DNA from: Hydrolagus affinis
Lineage: Eukaryota
Length of the DNA: 64,000 nt
Assembly (NCBI GenBank): GCA_012026655.1
Contig: JAAILG010000144.1
Coordinates: 1 to 64,000, forward strand
Direction of reading: 5' to 3'
The position numbers and the translations under genes were made by a program. Shown one piece after another: positions 13,660 through 28,042 of the stretch. Numbering within the stretch: position 1 is the first letter of the stretch; every line of letters starts with the position of its first letter. The notes under the pieces are model-generated. The model was not told where the DNA came from. It worked only from the letters and a program-made list of their open reading frames with translations, and did no database searches.

Positions 13660-13905
13660 ATAATCCGTCCAACAACCACAAAAATATTGGTCACTCAACC
13701 CATGACTGTTTGTGCTATGCGCAATTGTCTGTCGGTTTCGCCCACAAAATGCACTGTCACTCCACTTTACATTATATTCAGCTTTGAGATATCACAATAA
13801 CGTGATAACAACAAACAAGAAAATTACATTTATAGAGCGCCTTTCACATCGGGAGGACGTCCCAAGGCACTGAAAGGTACAATATCAAATGCAAGGATTA
13901 ATTTT
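13660..13905 (+). mobile_element. Degenerate SINE interrupted by an opposite-strand L2 tail (13808-13872)
   Basis: SINE core runs to ...cgtga, then aacaagaaaattacatttatagagcgcctttcacatcgggaggacgtcccaaggcactg, then the SINE tail resumes as aatatcaaatgcaagg. Confidence 0.75.
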
Positions 13906-14796
13906 ATTAGTAGTAGAAATTAGATGGCTAGGAGTAGACATTTATGATATTCAGTAATCTGCCATGTCCATAGCCACAGCCCAAATCCATTCTTGCGCAT
14001 TGCACAATATCTTCTCCGCTGGTCTGAAAATACATTTCAAATTTCTTTTCCAGCAGTGGCCTTACTCTGAATAGTTAATAATCTATATATTAAATGTGAG
14101 CATTTTAATCACCTTAAACATCTCAATGCGCTTATCATATTAAATTACTTTCAAATCTAGAAACTTTTATTTAGGCAATCTTGGCCAACAACCTGGGCCT
14201 CAAACAGCAAAGAGATAAATGGCAATTAATCTTTTTTGTTGTTAATTTTGGATGGTTGAGGAATGTAAAGTGCCATTCAAACCATTGTATTAATATAAGT
14301 ATTTGCTCCTCGGTTGAAGTCTGGAAGTATCCTTTACACAGAGGCTAATCAACAGCTAGAATGGTTTACCAAGAAAAAGTAGTCAAAGCCAGAACACATT
14401 TCACTTCAGAAACCACTTTTTATTCTTTGAAACTCCAGGACACTTGTTATCTTACAGTCACCTTATACACTGTTGATTATGTCAAATTAAAAAAGCTAAG
14501 ATGTTTCACAAATAAATTGGGCACAGTTTGTGATTTCTACAATTGTTCAGGAATCACATATCTTCTAAAGCAGTCCACTTCACCAGAACCTGTCTTGTTT
14601 TGTGATTGCAAACAAGCTCATTTCTGTCTAATTTTCTTAAGAGTTATTCAAAAAGCAAAAATATGTAAAGCAAAATACTATAATTAATGAATGTAAGATT
14701 TTATTACAAGGCATCCTCTTATTACAATATTGCCCTCTGGAGCAAAGCAATTACAGTGGTATACAAACTAGCATTAATAGCTCATATTAGCATACA

Positions 14797-15097
14797 GAGT
14801 CCTGTAGCTCAGTGGTTAGAGCACTCGCCTTGCAAGCAAGAGACCTGGGTTCAATTCCTGGCAGGGCAAAACCTTGGGTGAGTTTTTTTATGCTACATGC
14901 CTGATAATAATCCCTCAAGGAAAAAAGCTATGCTAGTCACTCAATCTATTACTGTTTGTGGGACACTGCTGTGTGCAATTGGCTGCCACGTTTTGCCCAC
15001 AAATATACAATCAATTGACTTTACAGTAGCACTGTGAAGCGCTTTGAGACGTCTAGAAGACGTGAAAAGTACTATATCAAATGCAAGGATTATTATT
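14797..15097 (+). mobile_element. Full-length tRNA(Ala-like)-derived SINE with Deu-like core and L2-like tail
   Basis: A-box tagctcagtgg, anticodon loop cttgcaa, B-box ggttcaattcc, core tgtttgtgggacactgctgtgtgcaattggctgcc, (ATT)n tail. Confidence 0.95.
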
Positions 15098-15473
15098 TGT
15101 TAGACAGTAATATGCATCGAAACATTCATACAGGCCCCCATAATCATCTAACAGCAGAACCAATACATGTACTGTATATGAAAAGTTACTTTTAAACATT
15201 AATTCATGAGTTTCATTTTTGTTTTTATAGATAATTCTGCTGGTGTGCAAATCATATCTGTAGATTCAATCATCTGTGATCAGTATGCATTTTTATTTAT
15301 TCTCACTGTTCTGGCCTTCCTTAGTTCATGCCTTAGTCTCTAACCTTAACCTAATACGGAGTGAAGTTGAAAGTATTGTATGCATTTAATATGCTTGTAA
15401 TAGTGGTGGTGGATTACCTGTATTATAATACAAAGAGCCTTATGATAGAGTTGAAGTCGCCAAAAAAGTAAGA

Positions 15474-15690
15474 CAACAACAACACCAAAATTACATTTAT
15501 ATAGTGCTTTTCACAACTGGTGGACGTCCCAAGGCGCTGAACAGTCAATATTTCAGACCCGAGCTGGGGTCAGGATTAGGGAGGGAAAAGAGGGGATTTG
15601 AGGTGATCGAAGAGGAGGGTCTTGAGGCGTGATTTGAACGAGGCTAAGGAGAGGGTGAGGTGGAGGGACTGCGCAATGGAATTCCAGAGA
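15474..15690 (-). mobile_element. L2-type LINE 3' fragment
   Basis: (CAA)n aaattacatttatatagtgc...gtcccaaggcgctg...ggagggactgcgcaatggaattccaga (LWNS motif on the minus strand). Confidence 0.85.
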
Positions 15691-16214
15691 ATTCATTGAA
15701 AAAAATGTATTGTTTGCAAAACAGTGGTTTTAGACGTGTGTCCCAGTAGTGACAAGGTAGTGAAGTGGTTTGTTGTTTCAACTGAACCCAGTATCAGTCA
15801 TCTAGGGTTGAAATTCCACACAGAGATTTTCATATTTTGTGGCTTTAATTTAAGTCAGGGTATTCCAAGTTGTCAGTTTGTGCAATCCAAGCCTTTGGTA
15901 CGTGTGTGACAGGGATTTTTAGTGCTGACAGCTCAAAAGACCAGAACAGAATGACCTCAGGGTGGCACTGTCCAAAATAACTCACAGTTCAATGTGCTCC
16001 AGGAATGAAATGTATCTTTCATTCAAAGGACATTTTCTCTAGTATTCATTACAGTACAGGATGTTTTTAGTTATCTTGATCAGCTTGTACTTTCAATTGT
16101 CATTTCAATAGCTGACGAACATAGTGATTTTAATTAACCTCAAAGGATCTCATGGTACAAGGAGACCTTTTCTCATTCTGGGTCGCTGATAGTTGGAAAT
16201 AAGTAGTTGTTCAC

Positions 16215-16340
16215 AGTTTCCGCCAATTTCGCCCACAAATATACAGTCACTTCACTTTACAGTAGATTCTATGAAGTGTTTTGAGACCGTCTAGAAGACA
16301 TCAAAAGGTGCAATATATTTAAATGCAAGGATTATTATTA
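16215..16340 (+). mobile_element. SINE 3' fragment
   Basis: tttcgcccacaaatatacagtcacttcactttacag...aaatgcaaggattattatt. Confidence 0.85.
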
Positions 16341-18379
16341 GAATAATTGTCATCGCAAATTGGATTGAAACCATAGAAGATTGATTCCAATGCCCTCATA
16401 AGATGATCTAATTAACTGATAAACCTGAGCAACAGTGAAGAGTACACATATTGGAACTTGTGTTGTGTATCTACTATTTGAGAAAGCTACAAAGGATCTT
16501 CTAACAGAAGTTGTAATCCTGTACAATAGTAAGAATGAGCCTGCCTGTCATCTGTCGGAGAACCATTCCTTAATAGTTTTATTCAATAATTGATCCGATG
16601 ACTTATATGTTTTTATATTTTCCTGTTCTGTTGTTCCTACTTTTTTGTATTCAACTCTCCAAGATCACCCTGCCTTAGCTGGAACAGTCATTTATATCTT
16701 TCAAAACAAAGTTGTTTCAGTGAATATGGTAGATTTCATATTTTGGTGCCCCATTAATCTATTTATTAAGCAATAGCTTGAATTTAACACCAACTTGCCC
16801 ATCATGCGTTGTAGTGTTTTGGAGTGCTTAAACTACTTATCAGACAGATTTTGTGGTTTTAATGATATGTAGTGATATCATTTAAGCTTATGTGTTTGCC
16901 AGCGCCTTGGGATGAGTTCTCAAAGGCGGCATACAAATGTAATTTGTTGTTGTATGAGTGGGGAGGGGTGTGAGAGGAGTTGCCGACACATTTACATAGA
17001 CGATGGCATCACGCAATAATATGTGGGGTGAAATTTATATATTTAGCATTATATTTCACTCAACTTCTTACTAGTTATGGATTTTTCCAATAAAATGTCC
17101 TCTTTATCATTCGTTATATATATTCAGTGCTCACAATCATAAATAGAACTAGCTAGAAATTTCTATAGATTTTTATAGGCCTTGAAAACTCGTGGTTGTT
17201 CTTTCCTTCAACCACATTAAAATAGGAATTGATGCTCTTAAATTTGACCTATTAATACTCCCTGCTGTAATTTAAACATGATCACTATAATTAGTTATAC
17301 AAGTGCTTGCTGGAGACCGGAATTCATTTAGACTATGTTTGGAGCTGCATTTCGGGCAATTCGAAAGTCTTCTTGGTAACCCTTGCTAGGAGACAGGACT
17401 TCTGTACAGGATTAGCTCAGCCTCCAGCTAAGGGTTTGCTTGATAGAGCAACTAACGTTCCAATTTTATTTCTGACGTCTTGGAAAGTAGGTTTCCTTCA
17501 CCATATGCTTTGCTGCATCAAATTGAAAAGCCACTGTCAGGGTCATAGTTTGAGAAGATGTTGCAGAACTAAAAAAAAAATTCTATGGCACATATACTAT
17601 AATTTCTGATTAACTTCTGCTGATAATATCTTCATATAATAATGTACCAAAGTATTTATGCACCATTACATAATTATCTCCCATTGCAGGTGTGGGTTCT
17701 ATAATTAATACTCGATGACTTCTGGTTTAGATGTTCAATTGTTCCACCTCTGTGACAGTGTAGTGACATAATTTTCTAGTGAAACATGGGAGAATTCAGT
17801 GGTGCCAATGGTCTGTGTATTAGTTATTTGAAACCCACTGATCCATTATAAATATAATAAATAATAATTCACAAACGTTTTAATTAATATTTTTATATGG
17901 ATTTCAGTGCACTTGGTTAATACTGAACCATGGTATGCTGTTCTTTGCCAACGTAATGACTTAATATTTTTTCTCCAAATGAACTTGCAGCTGCACAACC
18001 ACAGTAAAGTTTGGGTGTCAGGCTGTAAGGCGTTCAACAAACACACTGATTAGAGAGAGGAAAATTCGAACTTCATGCCAGACTTAGCACACTACAGCAA
18101 TAATCATTTATGAAATTATAGTGCCTGCTAATAAGTTAAATCTAATATAATGTGGGAGTACAGCAGCAGAAATTTACCATAATTCATTGAACACAGGCCT
18201 GTTAAAGAAGTAGAAGATAATAAATGTGATTCCAATTTTTGAAAAGGGTCTGACGCACTATCCTCTAGTGAGAGAAATACTGGAAAGGAATTCAACAATT
18301 AGATTTAGTTTTAAATTTCCTTATTTGTTTTGCTAGTGAGATCTCATTTGCAAACATGTGCAGAGGTACATGTACAAGT

Positions 18380-18690
18380 GGAGTCCTCCAGCTCAGTGGT
18401 TAGAGCACTCGCCTTACAAGTGAGAAACCTGGGTTTAATTCCAAGCAGAGCGAAACATTGGGCAAGTTTCCTTCCTCCACACACCGAATAATAATCCCTC
18501 AAAAAAAAACAATAATAAATCGGTCATTTCAATCCATTACTGTTTCTGAGACACTGCTGTGCGAAATTGACTGCCGCATTTCTCCCACAAATGTACAGTC
18601 AATTCACTTTACAGTGTATACTGTGAAGCACTTTGAAACATCTAGAACATGTGAAAAGCACTATATCAAATGGAAGGATTATTATTATTA
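18380..18690 (+). mobile_element. Full-length tRNA-derived SINE
   Basis: Same head, core and tail as 14797. Confidence 0.95.
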
Positions 18691-19180
18691 ACCAATGAAA
18701 AATAATGCCACTCTTTGCATGGGCGAATGACATAAATAAGGGCTTCTGTGTATCTTTACATATAAGATTAGCCCTTTTCCTTAATAGTTATAGATTCCTG
18801 TTCCTGTATATGATTCCCATTTTATAAGAAGTTTCATTTAACAAAAATTATTACTTTCTACCAGATTGGCAGTGAAAAATAATTCAGAAACTATCAATCT
18901 ACAGTATTTCTTAAATGAATAGTGTTGTTGTCCTGGCGTTAAACGCTCGTGGAGAAAAAAACAATCCAACTGTTCTTTAACTTTCAGTAAAGAAACCCCT
19001 CCAAATTTCTTAACTTCTGATGCAGATCTGCATATTAATTATTCGCATATAATTGCTCTTTGAAAATGGTCTGAGCCAGAAGAACTTCACTACCACCTGC
19101 ATCCTCTGCACAGATGGTTTTGCAAACAGATGGCTTGTAGGCATGAAAAAGATGCCAATCTGCATGGAAATTTTTTGCAG

Positions 19181-19262
19181 CTACTCAGTGAAGGAGCGCA
19201 GTTTCAGTCGCACAGTCTCCTGTATGTTGGGATAGCCAAAAAGCCTGGCTTCCTGGAGATAT
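19181..19262 (-). CDS. Candidate terminal coding exon of an unidentified gene (phase 2: YLQEARLFGYPNIQETVRLKLRSFTE*)
   Basis: Strong acceptor ctttctctttcgtttttag and GC content above the flanks. All three frames stop within ~27 codons, so the frame is uncertain. No homolog recognised. Confidence 0.3.
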
Positions 19263-20037
19263 CTAAAAACGAAAGAGAAAGATATTATGAAAAATATTAA
19301 AATTACAGTAATGTTTTGCAATTATCTCACTTCCCAGCAATAGAAATAATGTTGCAGAAAAGTTCTTTCCCATTGTGAATATGTCCAAGTCCAATGTAAA
19401 TGACTCCCCTTTTCTCCCCTTCCCGTATATTTTTACTCTACTTTGATGTCATATTTTAGGAACAATTAATTGGGGCCAATAATGTTTAATCAGTGAGTGG
19501 CAATTTGGATAAAAGTACTTGAGTTCAATTTTAACACAGCAACAGTCGTTATTTATGCCACCTGCATATAATTTTTTTTATATGTGATGCTCCCATGGCA
19601 TGTCCAAAAACAAACCACGAGAGCAAATTAACAAAGTTTGACTGATGTGAAAAGTGTTGTATAAATGTAATTTTGTTGTTGTTGGTGAATATTGATACCA
19701 CCTCTCCTTGGATAAAATGAGGGATATAAATATTCTAACTTACCAATCACTAGCATTGCACCTAATGCAGCTGAGGTGTGTTTCTTTCTCCATTCAAATT
19801 GGGAAATATGATCGCATAAACCCTGATGCTTTCACAGGACATTCCAGGAAGCCACATTACACATCGATTATCATTTCATGTTAGCACCATACCCATGTTT
19901 TATATAATTATTACGAATGAGTAAGATACTGAATATACAGTAACTCGGGTTGAAGTGAATGTTAGCATAGCAGAGTTACTGCAATCAAATTTGCTTTTCT
20001 TGTTACTTACATTTCCCCTACCATAGGTTGGTCATGT

Positions 20038-20347
20038 GGAGTCCTGTAGCTCAGTGGTTAGAGCACTCGTCTTACAAGTGAGTGACCTGGGTTCAATTCC
20101 AGGCAGGATGAAACCCTGGGAAAGTTTCCCTACTCCACACGCTTGATAATAATTGCTCAAAAAAAACCAAAATAAATTGGTAATTTCATCCACGACTGTT
20201 TGTGGGACACTGTTGTGCGCAATTGGCTGTTGCATTTCAGCAACAAATATACAGTCAATTCACTTTACAGTATAGTCTGTGAAGCACTTTGAGACGACGT
20301 CTGGAAGACGTAAAAAACGCTATATCAAATGCAAGGATTATTATTAT
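20038..20347 (+). mobile_element. Full-length tRNA-derived SINE
   Basis: ggagtcctgtagctcagtggttagagcac...ctatatcaaatgcaaggattattattat. Confidence 0.95.
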
Positions 20348-23300
20348 CAATATGTGTTTGACTGCTTTAATGTGTATGTATCAGCAAAAATGATTCCATA
20401 CACATTGTTAATGTCAATTTTTCAGTTTATATTTTAATAATGCTGTAAAAGCAAGCCTGAGTATTTTGTAGTTCCAGTTCCAGTTTCCTTCATTCTCCAT
20501 TGTGTTGAATATAATATGTTACAGTATAGTGCATCAGTCACAACTGTGCAATTTGTTTATCCACGTTGCATTATGTTCAGAAATGTCAATTAATCTGAAG
20601 TGTACCTATCTTGGAAAGTGTGTGATGATAACTACCTACAGTTTCAAAATAATGTTTTAAAATCTACTTTGTATACTCGCAGTCTATAATTGGACAATAC
20701 GTCTTGGCATCCAAATCCTGGCTTCTTAAACCACTCCTTTTTATAAATGGAAAAAACTTTTCCTTTGTTTATTTTATAGAAGTGGTTATAAAATACTTGC
20801 CAAATTCCCTTCTGCTGTTCATTACTTCTCGCTATAGATAGATGTTTTCCCTACTACAGTACATGGATTTCAACCAGAAATGCTTTAATAATTTAAAGAC
20901 TGGATGGCCTTGTATGACATTATCTACTATGCATTTTTGTAATGTAGTACAGACAGATTGTTGTAAAGTTAAAGGATGATAACTTGATTTGAAATGTATG
21001 AGGATGCTTGAGTAAAGCATTAGCAGAAATGAATTTGAGTTATGGCTTGCTAGTTTGACTTTGATTGACAAAATCTAAATGATGGAGGATCAATAAAATG
21101 TAAGGAATACAAGTTAAACAAGACAAAGATAAGACATTTGAAGCCCTTAGTATGCTAATTCAACAAAAACAGTGGAAAAAAGCAACCTACGGTTCTTATG
21201 CATTACTGAAGATATTGTATTTATTTTTCCCCTAGGAATTTCAGAAACGTCAAACCAGTGACATAAATCAACTCGGACTGTCAAAACACAACACTTGTTA
21301 TCAATACCTGGCACTATAAACAGATGAAACACCATCAAATTAATCATCATGGAAAAGACAAAGGAGGAATCTGCACAACACAGAAGTTGCATGATAAGTG
21401 TCAGAAATTGATGGTTTCAGAAGGACATTTTTCTTGAATAGGCAAAATGTAAACAAAGAAATCCCATTTCATCAGAACCATAGTGGATCAACTAACTCCC
21501 AAGTTTGTTGCATTTATGCATGCATTCCGTGCCTGAAACATCAAGATAAATACATGTATGTAATTATGTAAACATGCCTAAATCTGTGTAGATATATATA
21601 TATATATAAACTGTGCTGGGAATGGTGAGCTTCAGCTCTAGATATTGTCAAGCTATGTAAGAATAGATATTTCGGTTCCATTATTTTTATACCATTATAA
21701 GAATGTCGCCAGTTTTTCCTGTAGTCTTAGATGTGTTTTGAGTTGGTTGTGGTGTTCATACACATGTTGATTGTTGTCCAAACATGAATGTCTTTTGGAC
21801 TCAACGGCAACATTTAAAAAGAATTATGTTGCATGAATTCCAGGGTTGTAAGTCAGGTGATCCTATGCATTATTGGTGACCAGTTCTGGAGTACCAAAGA
21901 CTGCAGGATAAATTTCTTGACAAAAATAATCTTATTCAACAGTTTGAAAGCAACCCAAAAAAGGATTTGAGCTGATCATATTGCACAAAATTATCATGCT
22001 GTTGCAATTTAACTAAACCATTATTGTAATGTATGCAACTTTTGCAAATTGTAGAATGATAATATGTATATAGTTTTAATATATACAACTCCAATACATT
22101 GCAGAGGCAGATTAAGTTTAACAAAAGCCTTTTAGTCAAAACTGGTTGCATAGTTGTACTGACAAGAAGCTAGGTTATCAACAAAATGGAAATCCCATAA
22201 CATTATGAGCTATGTATTTATAACTCCTTCATAGAAATAATTCTAATATTGTGTGCTGTTCTAAAATTTATTTTTTTAAAATAATGTTAACAGCAAGTAA
22301 TCAGTTCTAAAATACGTAATCTGTGACATTATTTTGCTCACAATTCTGTTATCAATAGCACATGCACTTATGTTTAAAACATTAATCCTTTATAATATAT
22401 ACATATCCCTTCACAGCTAACTTATTAAATACATGTGTATTTTTCTAAAAAGAATTGTAATTTTTCAAGTTCTTACATCAGTGTGCAATACAGATTTGTA
22501 GATTTCACACTCGCATATCCTAATTCCATTCTTCCCATTTGTCCCATTCCTCTGAGCATTACCATTTGCTGTCAGTGCAAAGTTTCATAATGTGTTTAAA
22601 CAGTGTGCTAATAAAATTCAACCTGGGTTTCTGTGAATATTAAGTGTTAAAAAATATTTATTTTTACTTTGTGTTTAAATTCCCAGACATGAGTATTAAC
22701 AATTTAAAACAAAAGAATGCACAAGTGACACAATATCAAGCATGTTTTTCTGAATCAAAGCAGAGTAAGTAAGTATTCAAATGCATTGCTATTCTGCCGG
22801 CAACACTATATTCAATTGTACATGTAATGTAGGTTTGCTTTAATTATCCACAAGGTGAGAAATGCTCCTTCAAATAACTCTTCTAGGATCTCCACTTAAT
22901 ATATATGGTATAAGGTAACTAGCTATATATTTCTTAATAAATAGATTGAGACTCTTCTGAAGCAAAGTTTAGCGCTGTGACGATTTGAATGAATCTCATC
23001 ATTGTATATGCCACTCTGTATGAAGGAAATTGATCAGGAAATCAAATTTACATGCAAAATGGAACAGTACCCTCAGCAGGAACGAATATGTGAAAACTGC
23101 ATTTTAAACAGTTTTACCAAAGGGGTACAAACAGTTCATTTACATACCTCTGAATGTTAATTCAAATAACTGATCAGAAGTGAATCAAGGTGTCAGGTTT
23201 CCTAAAAAGAGAAGGAATATCCAGTGGAGGTAATCCCCCATAATATATATTTATTTATATTTATTTTTAAATGAATTTGTTTTGCTTTCATGGAGACACA

Positions 23301-26300
23301 TGATTCTGGGTTTTGATTTTCACTATGATCTAGGGATAGATTATGATGCTTCTAGATGACTCCACTCAGTTATAAGTCAATTCTTTCTACTAACATGAAT
23401 TCCTCCTAGAGGCACTTCAGTGAGGAAATTATTTTATCATGAGCGTATTCCATGTATTCAAGCACAACTCACTGCTCTGTTTTTAACTTCAAATGGAGGA
23501 GTATTTTTGTGAATGCGCTTAAGTTTTCTTTCTCCTTTTTAAGTATACACCAGTAAGAATAATCTTCTGTTACCTGTATATAGAGGTATATAATATACTT
23601 ACATATGTTATGTTTCAACAAATGTAAATTCTAGCTTGTCAATTGTATGTCTACTTCCCAGAGATGAATCATTATAAACGGCTTGCATTCTAAATCCAAG
23701 TTGTTGTTGTAAATGTCATAATCTAATCTTATAAGTACTTTAGTAGTTATGTTTCCATATGTAAATTTGAGGAAGATATTTTGCTTGCCTATAAATGCAG
23801 TGACTTAGTGGACACTTAAAATAGGAAATTCTTTGTTAAGTGCACATCGTCAAAGTCAATGCAGTTAGCACCAAAACAAAAGAGGTGTAATAGTGTACAA
23901 CTCTGTTTTTCCTTTTTTTTAACTTTACGGGTCACTTGAACACAATGGTCCTTTCCAGTCCTGCACAATCCTATGTTCTTAGTTTGCATAGCAACTTTTT
24001 ACAATGGAAATATTTTAAACATATTTCATCATGATAGCTGCACTTAAAGGAAATATTCCCGTGAGGGTTATGCTTAAGGCACTCGGCGATGTCAGCCACT
24101 GATGGAATTTCCCATTAAAATCATGCATCGCCAAAGTAACATTGACTGGAATTTCTACCCATTTTAGTGTAAAGTTTAACAGCCAGTATATCCTGAGGTC
24201 CACAATATGAGATACTCTGTAAAATTATATAATTGTAGGTGATCAATTAGAATCTGTTAATAATATTGCCTGTTGTTGCTAACATTATGAAGATGCGCCT
24301 AAAGTTCAAAGAAGCTGAACTAGTAGACAGCAATTACGCCTATATAAAACCTGTCTTATAGCATGGATAGAATTTAAGCATCCAATTTGCTGTTTAAATG
24401 TATAGTCTGGGCGTATACGCAGGCACAGAAACTTTTTTATATACGACCCAGCATAAAAATAGCAAATAAAATATCTAATACTTCAAATGTCATTTCTGTA
24501 ATGGAAGTATTACAAGTAGAACCAGCTGCAGAAGCATCTATACACAAACAAGGACACAGTGGGTGGAGGTAGTAGGATTGTGAATATATAGCAATGTGAG
24601 AGAAGCAATCTAATACAGTAAATTATTCAAATAGTTGTTTAGCAGCTCAGCTCCTAAACCAATGGAATAATTTGAAGCTGGAATCATGTATGCAAGCTGT
24701 TTGTTGGAATACATGCATTAATGCGATACACAAACCTGGGAGTAATTGCTTCAGCTTGTAAATATTTTACAATTTAAATAGAAAATGTGTGTTTGCAAGT
24801 GGTCTGGTTTCCTCCAGTTTACTGTATTGCCACTTAAAGGAACTGTTCCAAGTAATCACAAATGGTATATACACTATTATACAGAATATCACTTTATAAC
24901 ACATTTCCTTGCTTGGAATGCATAAACAGCAAGTTTTAAAGCAATTTTCTATGAAAATGTTACCAATCGAAATAGGCAAAAATACCAAAGTCACTATTTT
25001 TTTTACAAAAAAAGTATTATAAAGCCTTACTTACAAAAATTTGCTGTTTGCAAAATCACACTGTAAAAGCTGATTCAGTGAAAAGTACTGTAGTGAAAAA
25101 GTAATATATTTTTTCACAAATGTAGATAAATAGATAATTATAACCTCTTGCTTTTATGACCTAGTTAATAGGGGTAAAGTAAAGGTATATTCAGGAGCTG
25201 CCCTAGTAAGAGGTCAGAGGTACTTGCTATGTACATAAAGGAAATAGTCATCCGGAAATCAAGTCATTCAAATATGTTGAAGGTACAGACCATAAAGTAT
25301 AAAATATTATGCTAAACTGACAGTGATCAAGAATCCAGTAGAATCACAACTATGTAAGATATTCTGCAGTGTTTAATTGAAAGACAAAATATTATTATCT
25401 TGAGGATAGCTTGCATACTGGTAGATTTACAAAGGAAATGTTTAATATAAGTACACTGGCCCATCAGTACTGGTTCTGAACTAGACATTACATATTTCCA
25501 TATTTATTTGACAACGATGTATATTCTGTTATCACCTAATTCCTGAACCTTTCCTTGACATCCATGTTTTACATGATTCCTGGAGGCAATTTTGCATTGC
25601 ATGATGCAGTCTGTTTTATAATTTCTTCCTTGGCACCGATGTGTAAATATTTTTAAATGTTCTATTTATTTGGGTGCTATTATAAATGGGCTTTTTGGGA
25701 CCCTCTTGTTTTGTAAAGGAAACCAATTTCTATGTTCATATCCATTACAATCAGCAATATTAGAAATGTTGTGAAAAGGGGAAAATGTGCAATGATAAAA
25801 TAAAGTGATCACTCTATAAACAAACTGTGCAAAGTTGAGTGTCAGAAATGTGTGCATTACACCATTAGATGAAAAGCGAGTTCTTATCCATACTTGTGTT
25901 TTAACTCTTTAAAAAAGAAAACCTCTTCAACTTTCACTACATATACTTTTCCTTTGATTCTAGACAGTGTAAAGTCGTGAAGATGAGCAATAAGTACAAC
26001 AAGTCATTGGCGGCAGCTTTGTAGACTGTCAGTGACTTTACCTGTGAATGCAATGAATGGGAAGTACTCAAAGGGAGAAATTCATAAAAAGGGAGAAAAG
26101 CATATTGAAATTGTAAAAGAACGTGTAATTAACAGCTTATACAGGGGATTCGGGGGGTAGGTGAGGAAGGATCGAGGAGGTCAACCAAAGACATTTGGGG
26201 TGAGAATGTTCCTTACCTGTTTACTCAGCTCACATCAGTATAGAAGAACAGAAACAGATTTTATCTAGGCACACTTACGTTTCTGGGGTTTAAAAATATC

Positions 26301-27752
26301 TAAATGGGTAGCAGATGTGTTTTAAGAGAATATTATTGCCAGGTTCAGTAGTATCGAAACTGGTAATGTAACACGTCCTTATATGAGAGTGCAAAACAGC
26401 AACATTCTAAATTTAACAGAGCTCAGCTGTACAGCTTCCAGTTCGAAAGCATAGTTGGCAATGTTCTTGTGTTGTTCCAGTCATATACTGGCTTGTTCCT
26501 TTTGGCTGGTACTTCAAATGGTATTGAGCTATTGGTATATTCAAAATCAGTCTAAAACCAGTGACTTTTCTCGCAGTGAACCAACCCCACGTTATCTTCA
26601 TCAATGCACACACTTAAATATCATTTAGATAAGTTATTATTGGTAGGTGAGTTCCATGATCATACTCACAAAGTTCAGAGTTGTAGTCGTTGAATGACCT
26701 TGCAATTAGTGTATAGTATTTGAATCTTTAGCAAAGCCACTTTAAAAATTGGAACTGTATAGTAGAATTTAAATTAATATTTCAGAACCTCAACTATACA
26801 AGACCCATGCAACAATACTTTACGGTGTTGAATTCTTTCATTTGATACTCTGAGTAAAGTATCTTAAGGACTCGAGTCAGTTTACCAATCCTTACATCGG
26901 GTAACACTTTTTCCTGTCCTAATGAATAATTAAGGTTTGACTGTAATAGAGAACAGATTTCCTAGTCATTCCCTTTGCTCCAGTAAAATAGTTCATACAC
27001 ATACTTGTAAATATATACACCTACTTGTTAGTCGAATATATCAAGCTTTTTATACTTCATCATATACCTGTGTATGCTAAATAAAGGATTTTAAAGGAGT
27101 TTATGGGAGCAGCATTTTCATGGGATTCCTGCTCCTCATCTACTACTTTGTGAGGAAAACAATTCTCATCCTTAGAGTTGCTGCAGATTTAACAACTTGG
27201 TGTCCATGATCTCTAATTTTGCAATACATTTCAACTCAAATAACCTATTTGCGTTTCCATCATCCTTCCTATTCAGCATTTTAAAGAGCCAAACTATAAG
27301 ATCACCAGATTTTCTCCAGTGAAAATCAGTTTGAATTTTAGGGGATTCTCTTTTTTAAGTACCATTTATTTACAGGCAACAGCTCATAAGTTGGTTGCAA
27401 ATTAAACGTATCTTAGTTATTCCAAAGCAAAGGATACCCATAAAAAGCATTGGTATACAAAAACAACCTAGACTTCTAGCTCATTCCAGTGCAGTAATGG
27501 GGGATTATTGCACAGTTGAATATGCAGACCTTCAGATGAGAAATTCAATTTATACCCTGCCATCCTGTTTAGGGTGGATGTCAAACATCTTATGAGACTA
27601 CAGGTACTTAAAAAGGAGATGGCTGTATGGCATATGGTGTATGCGAGATATAACTGTACAAATCGGCCACCATATTCACCTATGAATAGAGGAATTACCT
27701 ACAGTTTGCAGCAATCACCAGTGAACTGCTTTAAAGCATTTGATTGTTATAC

Positions 27753-28042
27753 ATCAGTGGTTAGAGCATTCACCACACAGGCGACCTGGGTTCGAATCCC
27801 GACAGGCCAAAACCTTAGGCAAGTTTCCTTTCTCCACCAGCCTGATGATAATCTTTCAAGAAAAAGAAACAATGATAAATTGATCTCTTCAATTCTTGAC
27901 TGTTTGTGGGACACTGCTGTATGCGATTGGCTGCCACGTTTAGCCTACAAAATATACAGTTTACAGGATATTTGGTGAAGCGTTTGAGACGCCTAGAAGA
28001 TGTGAAAAGTGCTATATCAAATACGAGGGTTATTATTATTAT
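27753..28042 (+). mobile_element. Near full-length tRNA-derived SINE
   Basis: tcagtggttagagc, B-box ggttcgaatccc, Deu-like core, (ATT)n tail. Confidence 0.9.

Noticed and set aside
14797-14870. tRNA-Ala(TGC)-like cloverleaf; TAC variants at 18380, 20038 and 62649
   Set aside because: Each runs straight into the SINE core and (ATT)n tail and carries stem mismatches. These are SINE heads, not tRNA genes.
1861-22770. Scattered plus-strand AG...GT segments (for example about 3887-3984, 6767-6793 and 22688-22764)
   Set aside because: They give no consistent reading frame or recognisable product and cannot be told apart from pseudo-exons without RNA data.
26423-26551. Peptide PAKRNKPVYDW seemed familiar
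   Set aside because: The resemblance is to ABL's short PAPKRNKPTVY linker only. There is no SH2 or kinase context and the acceptor is weak, so no gene symbol is assigned.
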